The position numbers and the translations under genes were made by a program. Shown piece after piece: positions 7,179 through 15,240 of a stretch of DNA of 23,447 bases (position 1 is its first letter; each line of letters begins with the position of its first letter). This DNA is from Candidatus Heimdallarchaeota archaeon (GTDB lineage: Archaea > Asgardarchaeota > Heimdallarchaeia > Heimdallarchaeales > Heimdallarchaeaceae): assembly GCA_019057375.1 (NCBI GenBank), contig DXJF01000075.1, forward strand, positions 1 to 23,447, read 5' to 3'. The notes below the pieces were generated by a model. That model saw only the letters and a list, made by a program, of their open reading frames with translations, ran no database searches and was not told the origin of the DNA.

Positions 7179-9980
7179 TTATCCCCCTAAAATTTGTTCA
7201 CCCATTTGTGTGATTATAGAAGTATCAAATTTCTTCTTTACAAAGGAATAACTCAATAGGGATACAAGAAAACTCATTCCTGAAATAAAAAGAAGATAGT
7301 AAAGTGTAAGGGGAGCTACAGTACTTAGACTATAAATCTTGATATCTATTGCTTTGACTCCAGGATGAAATAGAGCAGACAGCACAACCCCAACTAAAAA
7401 ACCCAATAAAATATTGATTACAAGTAAGACAAATGTGCTCATAATCAAGTTTCTTCTTAACTTCTTGATTTCTATTCCTCGAGCTATTGCAACAAAAATC
7501 GATCTCTTATTGGTATCAATAATTGATTGGAAGTAAAAAAGAGTAAAGCAAATGGTTGCGAATGTAAGGATGAATGCTTCAATTTTAGGTATATTCCATA
7601 CAATGTTGGATAAGTCTGCATCAACAGGTCCAAGATAATCATTACTCACTCTTTCTCCATTTACACGTATAAAAAACTCATTTTTTAGTAAACCCAATTG
7701 TAGTTCAATTTTATTATACCACTCTATAGGGTCAACTCCATCTTTTAGTTTGATATATAATGATGAAAAGAACGAATCTCCATAATAATCTTCTAGCAAA
7801 GAAATATCTGCAACATAATAATATGTTTTAGTTGTAGATCCCCCATATTTGTAATTATAATCCCAACCATAATCGGAAATGAACGGAAAAATATTAAAGA
7901 AGTCAAAAACTGTGAAATTAGCTTTTATTGGTTCTTCTATTAGAGTAAAATTGAGCGGTACTTGAAATTCTACTGGTCTTATTGCAAGACTAATATTATC
8001 ACCTGATGTATAACTCTTTCCTTTTACTAAGTCTCTAGATGCTAAAATAGAGCGATTATTCAGAAGCATTTCTTGAAAATTGAAATCCTTTCCTTCTGAG
8101 TTCTCTATGTTAAAATCATCAGGACATGTTGCTGTAATGTTACTAATGGAAACAAAAAAGATTTCATCTCTCCATATCTCTTCTTCCCAATAAGGACCTT
8201 CTCTCATTTCAATACTCTCTTGAGTGGTCAATTCTACTGCTTGTACATATGATTCGACATCTTTATCAGATAAGATAAAATTTACTTCTGAAGTGTTCAC
8301 AAAAGAGCGAGAACCAACTTGAAAACTTATGTCAGCATAATTTTGACCATAGTTATTTTCCAATTCTTGGTATAGACTTACAGTATTTAAAGCGAAACTT
8401 GTCATTAAAATCAACCAGAAGTTAATTAGGATGAACAATTTAATGCTTCTTCGTTTTGAAACAATCATTTTTTGAAGAAACAATTTAATTTCCTTTGTTC
8501 TTGAAAATGCTCTATTTATTAGACTTAGACTTGTAGTAAGATTGATTCTAATAGAGAACAAGGTTACTACAATGAAAAATATTGCACCTGCTGCAATTCT
8601 TGTAATTAAGATAATTGATGAAAAGAAATTGGGATTGATATATGGCAGAACAAAAGAATAAACAAGGAATAGTAGACCTAGAAAACTTAGGAGCACTATG
8701 GTTTTTAGTGATAGTTCTTTTTGTTCTGTTCCTTTCTTTTCTTTCTTCTTATACTCACTTTGGAATAGCTCAAATTGTTCTTTTGTGAAACGATTTAATG
8801 TAACTATTTTTATGATTTCAATAGGTATTAGTAAAATTATCCCTCCTACAACTGAAATCAAAAAAGAAGAATTTTGAGAACCAATCTGTGTAATTATCTC
8901 TCCAATCCCACATAAGAAGATTAAAACGACTATGTCATTGAGTAAGTGAATAACTGAATAGTGTCTAACGAATTGCCTTGTCTTAGCTCCTCGGGTATAG
9001 TACAGATGTAATTCCCTTTTGAGAGTATCATTCCCTTCCTTTGTCAAAATCCATAAAATGAACCCAAGTATTATCAAACTTGGAAATAAGATCATTTCAA
9101 TCAGAACAAGATTAAGTGTAATTGAACCGATAAAGTCTTCATAAACAAATCCTGTACTTCTATATTTTTTACTTATTAACAATCCTATTCTAGATGCTTC
9201 GTCCTCAATTATTTCTTCTACTTCTGTTCTATAATCATCAATTTTGTAAGGATCTATACTATCCAAAAATGTTGAACTAATGTCAATGTAAAATTCAGCA
9301 TTAACATTTTCTCCCTCAAAAGAAGTATTCATACTTGGTAGATTTTCGAAATTTATCAGAGCTCCTTTTAAACGCTTGTGTAAAACTCTATAATCTTCTG
9401 TATAAGAAGAACAGAATTTAAATTCAAAATCAGACGAGTCTTTGCTTAGAGTGATAGTATCATTAATTTCCAGATTATTACTAACACTATAAGTACTGGA
9501 AAAGAATATGTCATCTTTAACTACTGTTTTGTCAGGAAACATCCATTGTAGTAATGGTTTGGATGTAATGTAAATTGGTGCACTAAAATTTCCACTACTT
9601 GTTGTGAAATTGAAATTTCTTGGAATATATACTGTCTCTTGCCCACCATCATGTGGTATTATAATCTTCTCTTCAAAACTTAAAAACATATAAAGTGTAA
9701 AGTGATTTTCATCTGAAATTGAAGAAATATTCGAAATAAAATCAGTAATCTTCACAACATCTGATTCTAAAAAATAATCGAATCTTTTTTCATAGCTTAA
9801 ATCTATAAGTCTTCCATGCCCACCAATATCTTCTGTTTCAAGCATAATTTCCTTGTAGTATTCAGCATAAATTGTTGAATAAACTGAACCGAACAAGAAT
9901 ATTATTAGAAAGATAGTTGTAATAAGAGTTGAATAAAAAAAGAACCACTTTCTTCCCTTGAAGGTTTTTAGTTTGAACAT
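7179..9980 (-). CDS. FtsX/MacB/LolE-type ABC transporter permease with duplicated architecture
   Basis: 933 aa. N-terminal TM, large extracellular loops, two TM bundles preceded by ..RE...YYTRG.. and ..KRS....IARG.. FtsX-like motifs. Adjacent to the ABC ATPase. Confidence 0.75.
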   Translation of the reverse strand: MFKLKTFKGRKWFFFYSTLITTIFLIIFLFGSVYSTIYAEYYKEIMLETEDIGGHGRLIDLSYEKRFDYFLESDVVKITDFISNISSISDENHFTLYMFLSFEEKIIIPHDGGQETVYIPRNFNFTTSSGNFSAPIYITSKPLLQWMFPDKTVVKDDIFFSSTYSVSNNLEINDTITLSKDSSDFEFKFCSSYTEDYRVLHKRLKGALINFENLPSMNTSFEGENVNAEFYIDISSTFLDSIDPYKIDDYRTEVEEIIEDEASRIGLLISKKYRSTGFVYEDFIGSITLNLVLIEMILFPSLIILGFILWILTKEGNDTLKRELHLYYTRGAKTRQFVRHYSVIHLLNDIVVLIFLCGIGEIITQIGSQNSSFLISVVGGIILLIPIEIIKIVTLNRFTKEQFELFQSEYKKKEKKGTEQKELSLKTIVLLSFLGLLFLVYSFVLPYINPNFFSSIILITRIAAGAIFFIVVTLFSIRINLTTSLSLINRAFSRTKEIKLFLQKMIVSKRRSIKLFILINFWLILMTSFALNTVSLYQELENNYGQNYADISFQVGSRSFVNTSEVNFILSDKDVESYVQAVELTTQESIEMREGPYWEEEIWRDEIFFVSISNITATCPDDFNIENSEGKDFNFQEMLLNNRSILASRDLVKGKSYTSGDNISLAIRPVEFQVPLNFTLIEEPIKANFTVFDFFNIFPFISDYGWDYNYKYGGSTTKTYYYVADISLLEDYYGDSFFSSLYIKLKDGVDPIEWYNKIELQLGLLKNEFFIRVNGERVSNDYLGPVDADLSNIVWNIPKIEAFILTFATICFTLFYFQSIIDTNKRSIFVAIARGIEIKKLRRNLIMSTFVLLVINILLGFLVGVVLSALFHPGVKAIDIKIYSLSTVAPLTLYYLLFISGMSFLVSLLSYSFVKKKFDTSIITQMGEQILGG

Positions 9981-10033
9981 TTTCTATTCTCCAGATTTAT
10001 TCGATTATTTTACAGCTAATTGTATTTATACAC

Positions 10034-10699
10034 TTAGATTATCCGTTTTTCTAAAGATATGACTTGCTTGGACTTCTCAATGATTTTCTCGTCGTGGGTA
10101 GCCAAAAGAAGGATTTTCTCATGTTCTTGGGCTTCTTTAAAAAGTAAATCAATCACTATGTCAGCAGTCTCACGGTCAAGATTACCTGTAGGTTCATCAG
10201 CGAGAATAATTTGTGGATCATTAGCTAAAGCTATACCTATAGCTACTCGTTGTTGTTCTCCTCCACTTAAAAAACGAGGATAGGTTTGAGCGTAGCGATT
10301 GATATCGAGTTCTTCAAGTAAAAATTGAACCCGTTCCCTGATTGCTTTCTTATTCTTTTGTGCAATCCAAAGGGGGAAAGCAATATTTTCAAACACAGTA
10401 AAGAATTCGATAAGATTATAACTTTGGAATACTATCCCAACTGTTTGAAGTCGATAATCAACTAATTCTTCATCAGTAAAGGCGTTGACTAGCTTCCCAT
10501 TGCTAATTATTTTCCCAAATGTAGGTTCTAATAATCCAGCTATACAAAGCAAGATTGTGCTCTTTCCTGAGCCACTAGGTCCAGCTAAAGTAGCACTCTC
10601 TCCGCTGTTCAGGGAAAGATTGAAATCTCTTACTGCGATGGTTTCCACCTCTCCTTTATACACTTTTTCTAAATTTTCTATGATTAATTTTCCTGACAT
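10034..10699 (-). CDS. ABC transporter ATP-binding protein (LolD/MacB-like)
   Basis: Walker A GPSGSGKS, Q-loop IVFQ, signature LSGGEQQR, Walker B/D-loop ILADEPTGNLD, H-loop ATHD. AGGAG RBS. Confidence 0.95.
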   Translation of the reverse strand: MSGKLIIENLEKVYKGEVETIAVRDFNLSLNSGESATLAGPSGSGKSTILLCIAGLLEPTFGKIISNGKLVNAFTDEELVDYRLQTVGIVFQSYNLIEFFTVFENIAFPLWIAQKNKKAIRERVQFLLEELDINRYAQTYPRFLSGGEQQRVAIGIALANDPQIILADEPTGNLDRETADIVIDLLFKEAQEHEKILLLATHDEKIIEKSKQVISLEKRII

Positions 10700-10728
10700 A
10701 AGTATTCTCCTTAGATTATTTCTCCTAT

Positions 10729-10836
10729 TTATGCTAGATAGGTACTACTATGTTGTAATAGAAAATCATTGATTATTCTTGTAGTGGAACGCGCAAAGAA
10801 CCATTCTCGTGCCTTGAACTTATTCCTTTTGAACAT
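10729..10836 (-). pseudogene. 35-codon ORF resembling the N-terminus of the downstream permease (stub or small peptide)
   Basis: MFKRNKFKAREWFFARSTT versus permease MFKLKTFKGRKWFFFYSTL: 11 of the first 18 residues identical. GAGTGA RBS-like element upstream. Confidence 0.55.
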
Positions 10837-10977
10837 TTTTATCACTCAATCTAACAGCTTTATTTAATTTCTTCATTAATAAATCTAGCTTAATTGTAGA
10901 AAGCACCTATCCTTATTTACTGAATTATCCACATCTATTAAAAACCAAAGATTTTTATCGTATTCTCCGGCTTATCA

Positions 10978-11451
10978 CTATGGTTTGTATTCTCCTAAGA
11001 TTTGTTTCCACTGATGTTTACTTCTTTCTTTATGTATCTTGAATGCTTCATCTTTATGTTCCTCAAATTCTTCGAAAGAGCACTCATTTATTCTGCAAAA
11101 ATGAGCAGCTAAATCTTGGTAATCCAAACCTGACTTCTCAAGTATACCTCTTCCCTTTGATGTATAACACCAAAAACCTATATGTTTAATTTTGTGACAT
11201 AATCCACAAAGATGATGTATAGCATTAAGTGTTTGAACGTAATTTTTGTCATCATATTCCCAAAATTCATGAGCATCTAATCTTCCAGAAGAATCTCCAC
11301 ATATCCAGCATTTTCTACCTTCTTTAGAAAAAATTTCATTCTTGATTTCTTTCCAGATATCTGATTTCCCTTGGTCTTGATAATATCTATAGAGCGATTC
11401 ATTCCAGACTGTTGATGGAACTAATTCAATGGTTAATTTGAATTCAGTCAT
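10978..11451 (-). CDS. Stand-alone HNH (beta-beta-alpha-metal) endonuclease with Zn-binding CxxC pairs
   Basis: CWICG...L.AHE.W.YD...Q.L..I..LCGLCH..KH motif. True start is probably ATG 11451 (MTEFKL), 9 nt after GGAGGAG, giving 157 aa and removing the overlap with Ago. Confidence 0.8.
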   Translation of the reverse strand: MTEFKLTIELVPSTVWNESLYRYYQDQGKSDIWKEIKNEIFSKEGRKCWICGDSSGRLDAHEFWEYDDKNYVQTLNAIHHLCGLCHKIKHIGFWCYTSKGRGILEKSGLDYQDLAAHFCRINECSFEEFEEHKDEAFKIHKERSKHQWKQILGEYKP

Positions 11452-11477
11452 TCTATTATTCTCCTCCTTAATTCTAG

Positions 11478-13775
11478 TTACAAACATAAATAGTTTTCAG
11501 GTATAATAACCCCCGCTGTTAGATTTTCACCAATAGATTGAGTCAATAGTTGAGGAAGTGCGTACTTGCTCTTTTTAAAGAAAGAGTTCCAATTCAAATG
11601 CGTTAGATTATAGTACTCTTGCACAATCTCCTCTATCTTTGGTTCAGGGAGAGCAATCCCCAAACAAAAGTGTCCCATAAGTGAAATTTCTAAGGGGATA
11701 TTTGTTCCTTTGTCTGTTTCACTTGATACAAGTAACGCAGTCCGTTCGTTTAGTTTAACACATGTTCCTGAGACTACATTCTTCCAATTTGATATACTAA
11801 TTTCGTTATAAATCTCCTTCTTGGGTGATTTATTCACACTCACTAAATCAATGACTATGTTATTTGGGAGATTTGTATCTGCCTTAATTATATCAAACAA
11901 AGGCTTTCTATTCTTGTCCTCAATTCCTTCAAATAACACTGTTCTAATTGCTTCTACATCTTCTTTGTACATCTGTCCATCTTTTGCAAACACTAATCTT
12001 TTGAATCTGAAAAAATCTGATAGATCTGCATATCTTTTCTCATGAATTACTGATTTTCTTAAGATTGACAATATCATATCATAAGAATTGAGTAAATCTA
12101 ATTTTTCTGATCCTGTTGGAAAGCTCCCAGAATAAATAATCCTTCCATAAGAATCTGTAATTGCAGTATATACTGAAGAATGTGTCTTCCTTTCTGCGCG
12201 TCTAGATATGTCATAGTAACTGTAACAAGTATTCCCTCCTTTCATACCAGAGATTACGTGATCAGCAGGTTTTTCTAGAACCCATGGTACGATTCCTGGT
12301 TCACTTCCTTTAGTATACACTTGCCCTATAATATTAATTAAAGAATAGTCCTTCCTCTTCCTGAAGAATGAATCTAAAGTTGTGGATTCAATACTTTGAG
12401 TATGTAACTTTGGATGATTTTCATCATATGGAGAGAAAAAAACTCTACGCATTGAGTAATACATTTCATTACTATAGTCATCAATAGGTAGAACTACGAA
12501 GATTAAAGGAAGTTTCTTCTTCTCTTCCTGTACAAGTTCCTGTACTCTCATCGCTGCTTTTTCATATTCCTGAAAGTCTGTATTTTTGATTTTATAAAAT
12601 CCGTCTTTAATATTTGCATTTGGATTCTTTGGTACATAAGGTCTCAAATTTCCAAAATTCTTTGTTCTAAAGATTTCACTTATTCTATCAAAGAATGCTC
12701 CAACCAAAACCCCCTCAGGATATATAACAATATACTTTACATCAATTGATCCACCTAATGGATAAACATCATCACCAAATAACATTAGTTTCTTATTATA
12801 AGGAATTATTGAATTCTTGAGTTCACCATTTTCTTTTTTCAATACTTGAATATTAGAAACTGAAGTTAGTTTAGAGTATTTGTGATCTATCTGGTCAATA
12901 TCAACAGGATCTGTAAATAGATAATTCAATCCAAGAAACTTGAAATCATAGAAATATGTCTCAAGAAACTTTCTAGCTTTTTCTATACGTTTGTTGGGAC
13001 ACATTCTAACAAAATCTGGCATTTTAGCATATTCAAACTCTTGAAAAACACAAGAAATTGGATAGGTGAATTGAGAAACTGAACCAAAACTTTCAAACTC
13101 AACTTTTACCATCTCCTCGTCGTCTTTCACAAAAGCAATTTTGTTGGTTTCTTTCCAATATTGAGATGGTTTTTTCTTAATTTCCCATGCTCCTTTACCT
13201 CTCAATATCCCATGTCTCCACTTTGGCAGCACACGAACATTAATTTTCTTTGTGTCACTAAATCTCAATATATCTTGATTCAGTCTTTTCATAATTTTGT
13301 ATTTTGGCCTTATCCATAGAATTAGTCTATTTTTTATTATCTGAGACTGAATCAAAACCGCTTCCTTGAAATCGGTGTCTTTTTGTATTTCAGTCTGTGA
13401 AACATAATTTCCAGGAAAAGATAAAAATCCTTTCTTCTGCAAAAAGGTCCTGATTCTATTCTTTAATGACTCTTCAACTACATCAAGAATTTCATTTAAA
13501 TTAACTTCAATTGGTTTTTGTATTTGAATCATATTTCCAAGAAATGCCTTTACCTTATTCTCATTGTCTTTCCCTAGAAAAACAATATCACAATTCTCTT
13601 TCTGAAAACGACGAGGAGCCACACAACAATCTATTCCTTTTCTATTCAGAAATGAGCATTTTGACTGTTGCAGTTTCCTCCGGTTTTCAACATCTTCTTC
13701 AATTCTTATTTTTCCAATAAAAAGTGTTTTTGGTAATTCTTGTTCAGATAAGTAACCATTTAGATTTAATTTCAT
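11478..13775 (-). CDS. ago: Long prokaryotic Argonaute (N-L1-PAZ-L2-MID-PIWI)
   Basis: 765 aa. L1 (LWIRPKYKI), PAZ-like YWK..K...V.V.F....YP.S.V, MID Y-x3-R..TQ..Q.YTKG..PW.L, PIWI YYDIS, FAKDG, GT...L, P.EI, Y.LT.LNWNS, hydrophobic C-terminal YLCL. Confidence 0.92.
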   Translation of the reverse strand: MKLNLNGYLSEQELPKTLFIGKIRIEEDVENRRKLQQSKCSFLNRKGIDCCVAPRRFQKENCDIVFLGKDNENKVKAFLGNMIQIQKPIEVNLNEILDVVEESLKNRIRTFLQKKGFLSFPGNYVSQTEIQKDTDFKEAVLIQSQIIKNRLILWIRPKYKIMKRLNQDILRFSDTKKINVRVLPKWRHGILRGKGAWEIKKKPSQYWKETNKIAFVKDDEEMVKVEFESFGSVSQFTYPISCVFQEFEYAKMPDFVRMCPNKRIEKARKFLETYFYDFKFLGLNYLFTDPVDIDQIDHKYSKLTSVSNIQVLKKENGELKNSIIPYNKKLMLFGDDVYPLGGSIDVKYIVIYPEGVLVGAFFDRISEIFRTKNFGNLRPYVPKNPNANIKDGFYKIKNTDFQEYEKAAMRVQELVQEEKKKLPLIFVVLPIDDYSNEMYYSMRRVFFSPYDENHPKLHTQSIESTTLDSFFRKRKDYSLINIIGQVYTKGSEPGIVPWVLEKPADHVISGMKGGNTCYSYYDISRRAERKTHSSVYTAITDSYGRIIYSGSFPTGSEKLDLLNSYDMILSILRKSVIHEKRYADLSDFFRFKRLVFAKDGQMYKEDVEAIRTVLFEGIEDKNRKPLFDIIKADTNLPNNIVIDLVSVNKSPKKEIYNEISISNWKNVVSGTCVKLNERTALLVSSETDKGTNIPLEISLMGHFCLGIALPEPKIEEIVQEYYNLTHLNWNSFFKKSKYALPQLLTQSIGENLTAGVIIPENYLCL

Positions 13776-13786
13776 TTTTTACACCA

Positions 13787-14152
13787 CTATGTGTCTGGTA
13801 ACCCCATTTTTGTTCTTGAATCTAGTATAAGGTGAATAAGATACCCAATACAAATTGCACACAATCCAACTGTTATGATGTTTGCACCAAAGCTGAATAC
13901 TGCAAATATAGATATTATCCCAACAGCACTTAGGATAAATAACACCAGCAAAGAATGAAAGGTACTTCGGTGGAAAGGTCCTGTTGCAGGTTCAATTAAA
14001 TCTGGTAAGATTGATCCTAACACTAATAGACCAATACCAATTGATACAGTGAGAAATATCATTGCAGGATTTCTAGAGAAAAACATCAATAGGAGTATTA
14101 TTGGTCCTCCAAAAATAATTCCTTTTTTTAGATGCTCTTTTCTATCTGGCAT
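13787..14152 (-). CDS. YdjM-like (LexA-binding, inner-membrane-associated) metal-dependent hydrolase, about 4 TM segments
   Basis: N-terminal His (KEH), GSILPDL.EP, HRS.FHS and GY..HL.LD..T..G.P motifs with hydrophobic helices. AGGTG RBS. Stop is 11 nt before the Ago ATG. Confidence 0.8.
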   Translation of the reverse strand: MPDRKEHLKKGIIFGGPIILLLMFFSRNPAMIFLTVSIGIGLLVLGSILPDLIEPATGPFHRSTFHSLLVLFILSAVGIISIFAVFSFGANIITVGLCAICIGYLIHLILDSRTKMGLPDT

Positions 14153-14171
14153 TTTATTACACCTATGATTA

Positions 14172-14200
14172 ATAAAGTGAAGTTTAAAACTACACTTTAT
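14172..14200. promoter_or_regulatory. 29-bp near-perfect palindrome, candidate operator overlapping the promoter of the ydjM-ago-HNH operon
   Basis: ATAAAGTG-A-AGTTT-A-AAACT-A-CACTTTAT: 13 of 14 arm pairs complementary. Lies 20-48 nt upstream of the ydjM ATG and contains a TTTTAAA TATA-like element on the minus strand. Confidence 0.65.
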
Positions 14201-14302
14201 AGTTTTAATTGTACTGTGTACCTATAGAATTCTTTATAAAGGTTTTTGTCACAGTGTTCACATAATAAAAAATCTGATTAATTGGTTCCTAGAGGAAGTA
14301 AA

Positions 14303-14896
14303 ATGAAACATAAAAGGAGTGTCTTGATATCACCAATTTTTTCTCCAGATTCAATTATCGCAATTATTGTGAGGTATAGAATTGAGAAATTAGTTTTATT
14401 AGTAGATAAACAGATTAAAAATGAACAAAGGGAGTCTATTGAGAAATTGAGACAAACGTTTGGTAAAGCACTTTCAATTGATCAAAAAGAAATAGAATTA
14501 TTCAATATTGTAGATATAACAACTAGAACAATAGAAATCATTCGCGAATATCAAAATGATTATGAAATAATACTTAATATTTCAACAGGTAAAAGAACAC
14601 AAGCTTTTGGAATGATTTATGGTTCTACAATTGTTGCAGAGCATGTTGAAAGGATAATATATTACGATCATGATACTGCTGAAATGATAGAATTTCCAGT
14701 ATTATGCCATGGTTTATCTGAAGTTAAAGGACAAATTCTTCGTTACTTGAATAAAAACGAATCAATAGAGAAAATTCACAGAGAAACAGGAAAGAGCAAA
14801 AGCATGATCTATAGTCATATCAGAGATCTAAAAGAAAAAGGATATTTGGATGAAGAGGGAAATTTGACTGAAATAGGACAAATACTTGTTCATTAG
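14303..14896 (+). CDS. Csa3-like CARF + winged-HTH transcriptional regulator
   Basis: N-terminal Rossmann-like CARF pattern (VLISP...VLLVD; NISTGKR..AFG matches the N.SgG.R motif) and C-terminal HTH (IEKIHRETGKSKSMIYSHIRDLKEKGYL..LT..G). ATG 14303 preferred over TTG 14282. Confidence 0.75.
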   Translation: MKHKRSVLISPIFSPDSIIAIIVRYRIEKLVLLVDKQIKNEQRESIEKLRQTFGKALSIDQKEIELFNIVDITTRTIEIIREYQNDYEIILNISTGKRTQAFGMIYGSTIVAEHVERIIYYDHDTAEMIEFPVLCHGLSEVKGQILRYLNKNESIEKIHRETGKSKSMIYSHIRDLKEKGYLDEEGNLTEIGQILVH

Positions 14897-14928
14897 TCCT
14901 TCTCTTGTTTTTATTGAGGTATAAATAA

Positions 14929-15240
14929 ATGAATGGTTATGGTGAAATTAAAACCAAAATTCTTCCAAATGAAATCCAAGAAGGAGATTTCATTCGATTC
15001 AGAGTTGAACCTTGGTTTGCTAGAAGAGAAGGATTAGCTAGATTCTTCAAAGATGAAAACGATGGTATTAACCAAGGTTTTGTTTCGGTAGTAACTCCTA
15101 AATCTGTTATTATTCCTTTTTGTAAAATTCATGAGAGAAGGGATAAACAGATACCCAAAAGCGTTTTTGTTTATGTATTTCGAATAGAAAACAAGATGAG
15201 AAGAGATTGGGTTAAAGAATCAAGAGAAACAATGGAATAA
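14929..15240 (+). CDS. Hypothetical 103-aa protein, probably co-transcribed with the CARF regulator
   Basis: ATG with GAGGT RBS 8 nt upstream, 32 nt after the regulator stop. No family recognised. Confidence 0.6.
   Translation: MNGYGEIKTKILPNEIQEGDFIRFRVEPWFARREGLARFFKDENDGINQGFVSVVTPKSVIIPFCKIHERRDKQIPKSVFVYVFRIENKMRRDWVKESRETME

Noticed and set aside
10972-10980. Triple in-frame stop TAG-TGA-TAA after the HNH gene as a sign of readthrough or recoding
   Set aside because: Tandem stops are common in AT-rich genomes, and there is no downstream ORF or recoding element.
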